The notes: a model not told the origin generated them from the letters alone. A stretch of 64,000 nucleotides of DNA from Anthoceros angustus (GCA_010909165.1 MU008166.1:124001-188000); one strand, 5' to 3'; shown: positions 1 through 12,478, counted from the stretch's first letter. Made by a program: numbers and translations.

Positions 1-1196
1 GACGACCCCAACGGTAGTGGTGTGGTGGAAGAGCGATCGGGACCCTTGTTCGTCTGTGAGCGCCCGGGGCCGAATCCGACCGAACGTGAGCCGGAGGAAC
101 TCCGGAGGCGGCAGAGTCTGACGGAGAGACCCAAGAGCGAGGAGGTCCGGATGCACCACTGCTTTTCCCAAGGTTGATGAGGGTAGTGAGAGTGGTGAGA
201 GGAACGACTAGAGGAACGTGACGAGCGAAGATACGGACGCCGAACGGATCCTTAAACGCTTGGCCACACCGGCCCGTCGGACGCTACGGTAGTTAGCAAA
301 ATGACGGATGTGTGTTGAGGCCGAACATAAAGTGAGGTGAGAATCGATTGAACGCTGCAAACGGAGCCTATCATTCTTTGGGAGCGGACTTTACTACAAC
401 GACATTACGGATTGTGCTACCGGCCGCCAAATAAAGTCGTTACAGAACGCCATGTCACCAAGAAAGTGCTTTGCAATCGAACCGTCGCCTTGGATGCGTT
501 ATCAGGAGCAGCCATGTCCTCATTCCCCCGTTTGATTGTGCAGGCATACACTGGGGATGGTGAGGTTCAATCCCAATATCAAAGAGAACTTCCCGAGGTG
601 CAATGGACGAGGAGAAGAGCGGACCTGAACGCCCCACCGAAGCGGCCGCATGTTCTGCCACAGGACATCCCCAGCTCCCCACGAGGCACTACGGGCCGCC
701 AAGGTGTGCTTACTCACTTGCATTCTCATGGAGGTTGGATTTGTGAATTTAATCATCTCGTAGAAGTCTATGGCATACCAGTAGCGATTCACCCGACACG
801 GCCGACATCACGGCCATCGGCCTCCCCTACCATTCCGAGGTGCCTGCCACGGACACCAAGAAATCTCAACCGGTATGCCGCGCTGGAGGGATCCCCATGC
901 AAACAACGGTGTGAGCAAGCAGCTACCGCAAGAAACCAAGCCACTCGGGCTCCGAATCGTGGGGCGACTTGTTCATCCGGTGGAGTCCGACACTCACCAT
1001 CGCACGATCGAAGAATGCGGCAATAGACTGAATGAGGCGATTTCCGAGCACTCCAAGATCGGCGACCGCCATCTTATCACCCCAAACGGTGAGTGAGACT
1101 TTGGTGTCTGAGCTACGAGTGTCCGTGCCAAAAGAGGCGAGCTGGAGTCCCAATGAGGAAATGTGAAGTGGAAAGCATCAACATTGATTTGAAGGC

Positions 1197-4100
1197 ATGT
1201 TGCAATCGGATGTGTCTCCACAGTTGACAAAAGAAAGGTTTCGTGAACAACGGTATCGCTATTTACGGATGGGGAGGCAGGAGCAGAAACATTTTGGAAT
1301 CCTCATACAAAGCAGCAAGAGCTGGGTAACGCAAAGTTATTACTCATCTTCCGGGCCGGATCCTTTCCGGCCGCTATGCTTCGAAGAGTGTATTGCCTCG
1401 CCACCAGATATGAAGAGTTGAAGAGTAGAGTCATCGAATGCACCGTGGGATGCCATGAGGTCAATAAAACAAATAGCCTCACCATGCCTTAAGTGCAATA
1501 GCCGGATGGACAATGCTTTCCAACATGGAGAGACTTCCAAATATCGAGGTCTTCAACCTACCCGACACATACACAAAACTAGAAATTTGGGGTGAATATA
1601 GGCGGCATTGTGAACAAAGAGGTCAGTATGTGACTTACGCGGTTCTTGAAGCTATGGAAAGGGCACTTCAAAGATTCCAAAGTCCAACAGATTCTCCACT
1701 TGCTCGCTCTACCGGATTGAAAACAACTATACAAATACAATCTCAAAGGTTGATCAAGGTAAGTAACATTCTTTTCCTTATCCCATGTTTTCCAAAGATA
1801 CCGAGGGTTGACCGCGAGGCCAAACCCTCAATGGCAGTGTTATGTCTACTATGTCAATATGCCCCGCTGGATGCCGAGGTGGACGCCTGACGCCGCCCAC
1901 CATACGCCCTGCACCATATGTCCTTAGGATTATGTGTGGATGGTTCCTGGTCATGAGGGCGCCGGCCGGGCGCCTCGGGTAACCCATGCATGTGCCTATC
2001 ACATGCCTTAGGCCCCGCCATGCCAAGGCACCGCTATTACGGATGGGGAGGCAGGAGCAGAAACATTTTGGAATCCTCATACGGGTTGTGCGACAAGAGC
2101 TGGGTAACGCAAAGTTATTACTCATCTTCCGGGCCGGATCCTTTCCGATGCTGCTTGCGCCTTCAGAAGAGTGTATTGCCTCGGCCACAGCAGATATGAA
2201 GAGTTGAAGAGTAGAGTCATAATGCAATGGATGCCATGAGGCGAATCCAAAACAATGATCTCACCATGCCTTAAGTGCAATAGTGGATGGACAATGCTTT
2301 CCGAACATGGTGAGACTTCCAAATATCGAGGTCTTCAACCTACGACACATACACAAAACTAGAAATTTGGGGTGAATATAGGCATTGTGAACAAAGAGGA
2401 CGGTATGTGACTTACGCGGTTCTTGAAGCTATGGAAAGGGCACTTCAACAGGGTAAAGATTCCAAAGTCCAACAGATTCTCCACTTGCTCGCTCTGCGCT
2501 GGATTGAAAACAACTATACGAAATACAATCTCAAAGGTTGATCAAGGTAAGTAACATTCTTTTCCTTATCCCATGTTTTCCAGCATACTGAGGGTGGTTG
2601 ACCGCGTAGGCCAAACCCTCAATGGCACAGTTCTGTGTTATGTCTACTATGTCAATATGCCCCCCGCTTCCAGTGACAGGTGCTGAGGTGGACGCCGGCT
2701 GACCGCCCACCATACGTCTCGTACCATATGTCCTTAGGATTATGTGTGGATGGTTCCCCTGGTCATGGGGGCGCCGGCCGGCCGGCGCCCCCATCGGGTA
2801 ACCCATGCATGTGCCTATCACATGCCTTAGGCCCCGCCATGCCGAAGGCACGGCTATTACCCTGTCGACGTTGAAGGAATAAGGACAGGTCCTCGCGAGC
2901 GCTGGCTGGCCGGCGCCCCTGTCCTCGCGAGCGCCGGAAGTGCCTGACAAATATGTTCTGCCCATTATATCCTTTGTTGTCGATCATAGGGCGAGGCAGA
3001 AACATTTTGGAATCCTCATACAGGTTGTGCGACAAGAGCTGGGTAGCAAAAGTTATTACTCATCTTCCGGGCCGGATCCTTTCCGTCTTTGCTTGAAGAG
3101 TGTATTGCCTCGGCCAGCAGATATGAAGAGTTGAAGAGTAGAGTCATCGAATGCACCGTGGGATGCCATGAGGCGAATCCAAAACAATGATCTCACCATG
3201 CCTTAAGTGCAATAGCCTGGATGGACAATGCTTTCCGAACATGGTGAGAGACTTCCAAATATCGAGGTCTTCAACCTACCCGACACATACACAAAACTAG
3301 AAATTTGGGGTGAATATAGGCGGCATTGTGAACAAAGAGGCGGTGTATGTGACTTACCGGTTCTTGAAGCTATGGAAAGGGCACTTCAACAGGTAAAGAT
3401 TCCAAAGTCCAACAGATTCTCCACTTGCTCGCCTGCTACCGGATTGAAAACAACTATACAAATACAATCTCAAAGGTTGATCAAGGTAAGTAACATTCTT
3501 TTCCTTATCCCATGTTTTCCAGCATCGAGGGTGGTTGACCGCGTAGGCCAAACCCTCAATGCCTGTGTTATGTCTACTATGTCAATATGCCCCGCCCGGA
3601 TGCCGAGGTGGACGCCGACGCCCACCATACGTCTCGTACCATATGTCCTTAGGATTATGTGTGGATGGTTCCTGGTCATGAGGGCGCCGGCCGGCGCCCC
3701 ATGGTAACCATGCATGTGCCTATCACATGCCTTAGGCCCCGCCATGCCGAAGGCACGGCTTACTGCCGAGGTTGCGGGAATAAGGACAGTCCTCCGGCGC
3801 GCTGGCGCCTCTGTGGAAGTGCGACAAATATGTTCGCCCATTATATCCTTTGTTGTCGATCATAGGCGAGGGGTGGGGTTGAGGAAGGAGAAGTTGGGGT
3901 GTCAATGACATAGGACATCCCGAGGTGATGCTTGCAACGTTGATTCTTGGACATCATACTGTGTTTTTTATCTTGGAAGTTGTCAACTGTAAAGGGACTC
4001 AAAAACTATGTTGTGAATATGTTATGTGCAGAGAAATATCAAACAGCACTGGACGCCCACCGCGAGCGACTACTAGCAGAGCGTGCGAAGATGACAAAAC

Positions 4101-5263
4101 ACCGGAGCAAGAGTTATGTGGAACCACATAAGTATATGTTACTATGTATCGATGGCATGGACCAGAAGAAGACAGAGATACCGCACATGTTGAGGTGGCC
4201 AAAAAACCTAGACGAGGAATGTCGCATTTCCGTTCACGTGGTCGGTTGCATGATCCACAACTACACCCACAAAGCCAGAGCGTTTTTGCACTACGCCAAC
4301 CTCCGGAATGATGCCAATTTGACTATCAACGTCATTCAAGATGTCATCCACAACTATGATGGTGTGCTGCCCAAAGTTTTGTACTTGCAACTTGACAATA
4401 CATGTCGGGAGAACAAGAATCAGCTATTATTTGCATATCTGAACATGCTCGTTGATATGGGCACGTTCAAAAAAGTGAAGGTGGGATTCCTGTTAGTTGG
4501 TCACACTCATGACCAAATAGACCAGATGTTTTCCTGCTTCTCCAAAAGCCTGAAACACAAAGAAGCGCACACGCTACCCGTACTGGCACACATTTTGCAG
4601 GAGGCCTATACTCCCTCTCCAGAGGTGAAGGTTCTGGTGGAGGTTCCAGATTTCCGGACATATGTATGGCCAATGGGCGAGGGGCAGAGGTCAAGTATGC
4701 GGCCAGTGAAGAAGTTGAATAATCATACCGCCACAGTTCAAAATTACGCGGAGGACAAACTGGCGGCGTCACCATCATCGAGCAAGCAAGATTCAACATC
4801 TCCGCTTTGGGAAACGGAGGCAGGTTTGGAGTTCTTAAATTTCGTTCCTACTGATGCCATAACAGCAGCGCCTTTTATGTCCTTACGTGCACGGGATAAA
4901 AAAGGAACCGCAGGGGCACTGACACCAATGTAAGGTGTGGCTCATTTGAAGGATGGGTTACTTGGAATGCGACCTTATGTAACAGCCGAAGAGTACAAGT
5001 GGTGGGAAGAATTCTGGGTAGACCAGACAGAGATTGCTGTTATTGTGGAAAACCACATCGGCCTTGTTCTGGACCGTCCTTGGAAATGGTTCTCCCGTGC
5101 TGAGGAGGAAGAGACAGCGCAGCCCCTTCATGTACCGGATGAAGCTTTGCTGGAAGAAGCATTGTTGAGGGAGCTTCCCCAACGAGATATGTATCTGGGG
5201 CCATATCAAAACATTGGAAGGCAGCAGCGTGAAATTAAAGGAATATCTGTGTTGGATAGATGA
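1197..5263 (+). mobile_element. Sola-like (DUF7869-type, RNase H-fold) DNA transposase, disrupted; one inferred intron 3486-4031
   Basis: Catalytic exon 4032-4933 has CIDGMDQKK, LYLQLDNTCRENKN and FLLVGHTHDQIDQMFS. An in-frame TAA at 4931 is followed by a C-terminal part (EEYKWWEEFW) to 5263. The upstream exon reads RFLKLWKGHF..VKIPKSNRFSTCS.C when frames are joined. GATCAAG|GTAAGT (3486) spliced to TGCAG|AGAAAT (4032) restores KVDQ-EKYQ. Superfamily assignment is from motif memory. Confidence 0.7.
1258..3870 (+). repeat. Tandem triplication of transposase exon 1 plus part of the intron (units about 775 and 945 bp)
   Basis: CAGAAACATTTTGGAATCCTCATAC recurs near 1284, 2058 and 2997. Copies differ mainly by 1-bp indels. 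Confidence 0.9.
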
Positions 5264-5462
5264 TTAGGGTTGTGGGGTTTAGTTAGGTATAGCTACATAC
5301 CTTTTCATTAGGGTTGCGCTGCTTGATTAGGTCACGATGATTCATAAGTCAAGTTAAGTTGTCTTTTCATATTCTAAGTAGTATACATGTTTATGTATGT
5401 TCTTGATACACAATGTAATTATCAATATGATTAATTGATCTGCATTTGCCTGAATTTCGTAA
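5250..5462 (+). mobile_element. Candidate 5' LTR (about 210 bp)
   Basis: Starts TGTTGG where the transposase frame ends and is immediately followed by a PBS. It does not end in canonical CA and no second copy was seen. Confidence 0.5.
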
Positions 5463-5474
5463 TGGTATCAGAGC
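5463..5474 (+). promoter_or_regulatory. Primer-binding site complementary to initiator tRNA-Met
   Basis: Exact TGGTATCAGAGC, the classic plant LTR-retrotransposon PBS. Confidence 0.8.
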
Positions 5475-5824
5475 ATGTAGATGCAGGTTGCATTCCTACG
5501 AATGCACATTGAAAAATGCATTATGAAGAATGCATCTGAAATATTTTTCTTGTTGTTTTTGATTTAGAAATATGTTTTCTTGATCTAGAAACAGGAAGAA
5601 TAAAGAAAATGTTTTGTGCTGTTTTCCTATATAGATGCTAGAACATTTCCTTGTGGATTAGCGAAGTGATCCTAGCGCATCTCACCTGATTTGCTTTTCT
5701 AGCAAAATCAGTGGAAATACGCTAGGACAACTACCTGATCTGCAGGTAGTTTGTCAGAAGCACAGCTATAGAGATTAGAATGTCAACAACAGAGTTCTAA
5801 AAGCACAAAAATCTGGCCTAATGA

Positions 5825-6523
5825 ATGGCCAACCGCCTGGAAGGGCACCAATGGCAGCCTCGCCCTGCTGAACGGATTCCACAAAATCAGAATCGTCGCA
5901 GAGGGCCAGGAGCACAGGCACCATGGCACACCACCCTTGCAGAGCAGCTTCATCAGCACTTGGGAGAATGGACTACTCGAATCCAAAACCAGCCTGTTCG
6001 CATTCTTGAAGTAAGGGAGTCTTTCAATACCCTGATTGAATCTCTCTTCCCAGATCAGCGCCACTTGGTGATTGCCCTTCCACAAAGAAACCAAAATCAA
6101 AGAGGTTTTCTAACAACCCATGTTTCCCCTCCCATAAGTGTTACTCAATTAATAACCAGAATTGAGTCACATCAGTAGTATGTAGATCGACGTTTTAGCA
6201 GCATCGCACAGAAACTGGCAGCTGCTAGTGTAGACTTACGTGATGTGCAGGAGCAGATATGACACCTTGATTTCAAACTGCTAACTTTGTTGAAGCCAGC
6301 CCTGCTTGCTAACCCTTTTGTTAGGGGAGTAGCATGCAAGCATGCTAAGAAGACAAATAAGCACTATAGATTTGATGCACCAAATTCGTGTCCCTCCTGC
6401 TCAACCTACACGTTCAATAGGTGGGAAAGTAGAAACCAGAAAATAGCAAGTAGGATTCAACAGCAGCAGCCTCTTGACGGACCTGTTGCAGATAGATTGC
6501 CTAACCTTGCTAATGCTCTTTGA
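5825..6523 (+). pseudogene. Unknown ORF (about 230 codons, two in-frame stops) downstream of the PBS; coiled-coil and Cys/His motif
   Basis: ORFs 5825-6178 and 6287-6523 share a frame and are bridged by SSIAQKLAAASVDLRDVQEQI*HLDFK. Contains CKH...CPSC. Confidence 0.4.
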
Positions 6524-7759
6524 TTTGTTGCTCTAATCGCATGCTCTTCAAGTCCTAGATAACAGACCAATAAAGGTCAGCCATTTTAGCATCTTAGTGT
6601 TCTAGGAGTAGCTAACCTAGAACACAAGGTCCAGGATGGCATCCTATCCAAAGTTCTATTCCTAGGATGCCACTACTCCTTGCCTACGTTATCTCCGCGC
6701 CCTCCTCCGATCTGGTCGCCTGGCCCTTCGTCCTCTGCTGCCGAATCCATGGGCCCTCCTTCCTCGTCGCTGGTCTGGTAAATCCTCCCATAAAATCTCC
6801 ACATCCCAACCCTGTGGCCTTTCCCTGATTCCTTCCCCTTGTGACTTAGCCTTCAGCTGGCGAGCACACTCCTACACCAGACTTGGGTTCACATAATTCC
6901 ACCGTTTTTCCATGAACCCAAGTCCCAGCTCCCTTACCAATTCTCCAGCTCGGACCCTCCAATGGTCTATATTGGGCCGTTGGGCAATCGAAATTTCCGC
7001 TGCGGCCCTGGGCGCCATGCTCCTGCGAAACCCCACTTCCCACGGCGCCACGAACTACTGATAGTGCGCCTCAGCTACTCCCAACTTGGTCAGTACTCCA
7101 AGGTTCCTACCCTCCCAGACTCGCGAGCTTCCCACCGCCACCAGGGCCTGCCCTTCACAGCCTCGTGCCGAGCTCGTGCCCTGTCAGGAATTGTCTGGAG
7201 CTACCCCGCTGCCGCCGCGCCTGGTGCCTTTCCGAGTTGGACCTTAGGGTTATATTTCCCCGGGAACTCTACGACCGCCAACCGGCTTCGGCTACCACTT
7301 CTTCCTCCAGCGCCCGCCCTTCCAGTTCCTCTACCGCCTTCGGAACATAGCTACTACACACCCCAGTCAATGACCACACACCAATTCAACTACCGCCCTA
7401 GCTGGTTCGACAACTAGCCTATGGACTTGATTGCCTCTGCCAAATATGAAGACCCACTTTCCCTTATATAGGCCTTTTATTAAATATTCCAAGACCAAAG
7501 GCCAAGGAGTATCGAGTTCATAGTCCAAGGATCGATTATTATTTAACCCAGAAAACAACCCCAAAACTCATAGGCCAAGGACACTTTCTACTATAAATAT
7601 TCCTTCCTACTGACAACCTAGTTCTTCTTGACACCAAACTTAGCAAAAAAACAAAAAAATCACCCAAAGACACAATCCAACAGGGATTTTCCAAATACCA
7701 GATCGTTTACACCAAGTGAAAAGGTTTTGCTCCCTTTGGAGCGATTCATCGACCCATCT

Positions 7760-9207
7760 GGGCAGAAGGAGACACTGCAGGCTTATGTGGAAAGGTTTCA
7801 CAGCCTGCGTGATCGTGTTGGTCCTCACTCATAGTTAATGGCAATACGTTGGTTTGCGAGAGGCCTGGGCACTGAGATGGGGAAGCACGTACGTCTCCAA
7901 GCTGAGAAAGACTTGGATCGGGCGATCAATGCCGCCTTGAACTACAAGGAGTCCAACGCAGAGGAGAAAAAGAAATCAAAGAAGGACGAGAGGGGGGCAT
8001 GGCGAGACAAGAAGAAATCCAAGAAGAAAAAGAAGAAGTACTCCTCGTCCTCCGATGACAATTCCACGGAGGAAGATAGCTCCTCAACAGATTCCTCGGA
8101 CAGTTCCACAGAAGAAGAGACCAGTGACAGCTCAGTGGAAGATTCGTCAGGTGATGAGCGCAGCCGGAAGGAGAAAAAGAAGGAATCGAAAAACGAGTTG
8201 GAACGAAGACGCTGCAGCCGAGGGAAGGAGCTGGTGTACGCAAAAAAGGACGCCGAGCAGGTGAGAAGGGACGTGGAAATGGCAGCCAAAAAAGTGGAGC
8301 AACAAGGGAACAAGATGAAGGAAATGATGGCCAAACTTGAGAAACTACATCTCAATGCCGTAAAAGATCATTAGAGGCGAAGGGCTACTACGGGTGCGCG
8401 GGCGAATCTCTTCTGCTCAACTTGCGGACAGCAGGGGCACTCGAAATCAAACTGCCCACAAATGAAGGTGCAACTGCTTGGCTACGAGGAAGAGGAGGAG
8501 GAGATGTACTTGGAAGATACATACCAAATTTAAGAGGCGACACCAATTTCTGGGTACCCGAAGACTTTATACCCCTCGAATTTACGAAATCCCGCTGGCA
8601 TGGGCGTTCGGAATCAGATGGCAAGGAACCCCGGGCAAATGAGTGCTGTTCAGTGCTACAATTGCCGTGGGTTTGGGCATCTCGCAAGCAGCTGTCCCTC
8701 AGCAACTCGCCAGGGAAATGGTGATTTTGAGAGGCAGTGTGTGGATTGCAGATAACCGGGGCACGTGGCTGGCAGTGTCCTTTGTCAGCTGCCAAAGAAA
8801 CATGTGAGGATTGTTTAACCCCCGGTTACAGCAACCCTACCACCCATGGGGCAGAATCCGTTACTAGCAATGCACGTCGAAGACGCGCTCATGGCGGTAT
8901 GGGAGGATGCCGAGGCCAACATGCTCAAAAGCTTGGAGGGATTGGAGGACATGGACAGCGGGTACTATGAGGAGACCCCTGCCATGGCTGTTCGAATGCG
9001 GGGCGAGATGCGAAAGGCAGACACCCTCAGAAGGGGAGAGCGAGGGAAGAAAAGAAAGAAGGGAAGAGTGGAAGCCTCCGTGACATCTGGGGATGAGGAG
9101 GAAGTCGCGTCTTCATCGGGCGAAGAAGGTCGGGGGGCTAAACAGTCGAAGACCAATGAGGGGTCAGGAAGGGCCAAGCCAGGCAGTCCACAGAGGGAGC
9201 GCGCGAA
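7760..9207 (+). mobile_element. Ty3/Gypsy-type Gag remnant with acidic/Ser linker and four CCHC zinc knuckles
   Basis: QKETLQAYVERFHSLRDRVGPHS*LMAIRWFARGL..VRLQAEKDLDRAINAA is Retrotrans_gag-like. Same-frame knuckles: CSTCGQQGHSKSNC (8414), CYNCRGFGHLASSC (8654), CVDCR*PGHVA.QC (8738) and a degenerate CEDCLTPGY (about 8802). Several in-frame stops. Confidence 0.8.
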
Positions 9208-9527
9208 TCCTCAAGTGTGCCTGAGAATCCTTATGCACACGTGATTGTACATGGTTGTTGCGAGTAGTACTCACGTTTTCGATTCTATAATGGGTAGGTA
9301 ACAAAAATCCCTAAAATAGGTGGGTAACAAAAATTCTTACGCGCACATGGTACCTGATTGGGCACAATTGTTGGGAGTAGTCCCCACTTTTTGCGTTCTG
9401 AATAATGGTCATAGCAACGCTACTGTAACCTTTCATCCTAAAGATTATATATCATCATCATTTGTGATAGATGGAATATCTATTACTTCTTCATCAATAA
9501 ATTTTGTGACAAATTCTAGTTTACTTA

Positions 9528-10043
9528 TCATTCATGTGTGGGAACAATAATATCATCAAATGGAAATGGAAGATGTATAGGAGCTCCATGAGTCAAAAAA
9601 TCATAATTTGTGTAACCGATAAAACAACCATCGTCTAGAATAAGAAATCCTCCTCCTCTAACAAGACAATGTGACATTACTAATGATTTTGCTTTTTGAA
9701 GACAAACTTCACATTGCTCTTTATTACGAATGCGGGAAGCTTGTCCACAAATGCAATAAGCTGTTGACCATAATGGTGCAATTGAGTCTTCTTGTTCGAT
9801 TTTGACAAGACTACTTATTGTAGCTGGGAATGACATAGTGGCATTATGGATTGCTATTTCCGTCACTCCAAGAATGTCATACTGATGAGCAAAAGGGATC
9901 AAAATCAATTCACCCTCGCAATCAGGTTTATTTAAAGAAGGAAACTCTAAAGATGCAAGTATTGGTGAGAAAGTGTCACACATTCCACATATCACCATCA
10001 AGAGGACAATTGAATTCATATATAATATAGTTACTAAATACAT
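9528..10043 (-). CDS. Secreted single-DUF26 (Gnk2/ginkbilobin-2-like, Stress-antifung) cysteine-rich protein, copy A
   Basis: Hydrophobic N-terminus (likely start MNSIVLLMVI at 10019). PDC...AYC-x13-CEVC...SHC.VRGGGFLILDDGCFIGYTNYDF matches the six-Cys Gnk2 pattern. Intronless and AT-rich. Confidence 0.8.
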   Translation of the reverse strand: MYLVTILYMNSIVLLMVICGMCDTFSPILASLEFPSLNKPDCEGELILIPFAHQYDILGVTEIAIHNATMSFPATISSLVKIEQEDSIAPLWSTAYCICGQASRIRNKEQCEVCLQKAKSLVMSHCLVRGGGFLILDDGCFIGYTNYDFLTHGAPIHLPFPFDDIIVPTHE

Positions 10044-10462
10044 ATCTATGATATTATAATGTCTATACCTACATCAAATAAGACTTGCCTCATTCATAGA
10101 ATATCTGCCAGATAAATGTAAAATATTTTATTAAGTATATATATTTTGTGCCAATCATATAACTGTGTTACCCGAGTGTAAAACAACTTCCAGGTACCAT
10201 ACGTATTTGGTATTTTGTGTATAAGGATGACGATTGACTTTTCGAAATGATGTCCACGTATTCTTCCCGGATATGGTATAAAAATATAAAGAGTTCATCT
10301 AGAAACAACTGGTTTAGTAGACATATAAAGAAGAGAACATTAATTGTGCCATTGAATATAATTTACAAAAGACATCCTTTATAAAGTCAAATGAAGGAAT
10401 CTTATCTACCTCTTTATATGTATAAGCATATAGGATGATATACATTATTATCGATAGTAAGT

Positions 10463-10948
10463 ATGAAATTCAAAATTTTGGTCTTCATATTTGGAATGGC
10501 TAATATTTTTCAAAATGCATGTGGGTTTCTGGAATACCCTTTCTTGAATACACCTGATTGTGATGGTATTGATATTGATCCACTCTTCATTTTTACTCAC
10601 CATAGCGAGGTGTTGACTGTAACTGAAGCATCAATTGCTAATGCTGTTGAGTTATTTCCACAAAAAAATGCTAAACTTACTACACTAGAGAAGGCAACTT
10701 TAGCCGAACCACTATTGTGGTCTCTAGCTCATTGCATCCCAGATACACCTTCTACTGTAAAAAATATGGAAGACTGTGAACTTTGTCTTCAAAAGGCACT
10801 AACTCTAACAATGTCATCATGTCTTTTTAGCAAAGGAGGATTTGTCATATTGGAGGATGGTTGCTTTATCAAGTATTCGGATTATAACTTTCTAACTTTT
10901 GGGGCTCCTACATTCCTTCCATTTCCATTCCAACAATTTGGTTTTTAA
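10463..10948 (+). CDS. Secreted single-DUF26 (Gnk2-like) cysteine-rich protein, copy B
   Basis: Signal peptide MKFKILVFIFGMANIFQNACG. PDC...LAHC-x13-CELC...SSCLFSKGGFVILEDGCFIKYSDYNF. Clear paralog of copy A. Confidence 0.82.
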   Translation: MKFKILVFIFGMANIFQNACGFLEYPFLNTPDCDGIDIDPLFIFTHHSEVLTVTEASIANAVELFPQKNAKLTTLEKATLAEPLLWSLAHCIPDTPSTVKNMEDCELCLQKALTLTMSSCLFSKGGFVILEDGCFIKYSDYNFLTFGAPTFLPFPFQQFGF

Positions 10949-11224
10949 CACGAACTCTTGGTTGATGTTGATCCCTAGCTATGACATCATGGGAACAGTT
11001 GGCAATGGTCGCTCTAGTATCTATAAAGCATAGTTCTCCAACTCACAGTGCGCTTTGAGGATTTTCTTCCACACCACTTTGGTGTAGATTGGAGCATCTA
11101 ACTTTATGTATTACACGGATATTTTTTTGTGAAATGCATATGAAATAAGTTTTTTCATTTCTACAAATGATATTTCTAAAGTATCTTATTTTCTTATTAT
11201 GCATCATATACGCATCGTAATAGT

Positions 11225-11416
11225 GAGCAATGTGAAGTTTGTCTTTGAAAGGCAAAATCATTAGTAATGTCACATTGTCTTGGTAGAGAAGGAGGATTTC
11301 TTATTCTAGATGATGGTTGTTTCATCGGTTACACAAATTATGATTTTTTGACTCATGGAGCTCTTATACATCTTCCATTTCCATTAATGATATTATTGTT
11401 CCCACACATGAATGAT
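11225..11416 (+). pseudogene. 3'-half fragment of DUF26 copy A within the right arm
   Basis: EQCEVCL*KAKSLVMSHCLGREGGFLILDDGCFIGYTNYDFLTHGA, with a premature stop and a 1-bp deletion near the end. Confidence 0.85.
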
Positions 11417-12478
11417 AGGTAAATTAGAATTTGTCACAAATTTTATTGATGAAGAAGTAATAGATATTCCATTTGTCACAAGTAATGATGATATATGATC
11501 TTTAGGATGAAAGGTTACAGTAGCGTTGCTATGACCATTATTTTAGAATCCAAAAAGTGGGGACTACTCCCAACAATTGTGCGCAATCAGGTACCATGTG
11601 TGTGCGTAAGGATTTTTGTTACCCACCCATTTTAGAATAAAAAATGTGAGGACTACTCCCAACAACTATGTACAATCAGGTGTGCATAAGGATTCTCGTG
11701 GCACGCTTGAGGAGCTGGAAGAGCATACCAATGTTAAATGCTGAGCTTATCAAGGAAGAAGGAGGTACTACTTACATGGTCTTTTTTTTCCAATTTAAAG
11801 GAACAAACAATGTGCCAAAGGGACTCCAATTGCATTAACACATAGGTGAAAAGCATGTGTGAAGTTAAGGAATACAAGAATGGCTTCGTCACTTTACACT
11901 TTGATTTAACATCTACTTGTTTTAGGCATCGGATTTCTATTATAATAAAAGAATATTCTTTGGATATGTTATAATATATATTGCCTTCATTTATCCTAAT
12001 TTTAAGGTATTGTATATGCACTATTTTATGTAAATTTGATCCCTAATTAGGGACAAAATTTTGTTAAAATAATGCGCATATATGCTGCCTAAAACTTAGG
12101 ATTTAAATGCAATGAATATAATGTAATTATATAATTAAATTTATTAATCTATGATCTTAATCATAAATATTTTGACACATACTTAATTTAATTATTCTGA
12201 TCATCATTTTTGTCAATATTATCATATATTGAATGACTACTCATGTGTTGTATGATATATATGTATAATTTGATCCTCATATTTAATACCATATAGTATA
12301 CCGTATGTCAGTACTCATATGTATAAAAAAAATGTACTATATTTGTAGAATACGTATGCACATTAACGTATAAACAACGTTATAAATCATTGAGACATGA
12401 ATTTTCCAAGTTGTCTACCGAAGGAGTGTGGATCTCATGCCTGACATGCCGGAGACGCGTAAGTGATGTGAGGTCACC

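Larger units (their letters stand above)
9208..11713. repeat. About 500-bp inverted repeat (arms 9208-9719 and 11225-11713) enclosing two divergent DUF26 genes
   Basis: Left arm begins CCTCAAGTGTGCCTGAGAATCCTTATGCACAC; right arm ends GTGTGCATAAGGATTCTCGTGGCACGCTTGAGG. The arms are reverse complements throughout, each with a subterminal ~90-bp tandem duplication. No TSD found. Confidence 0.92.
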
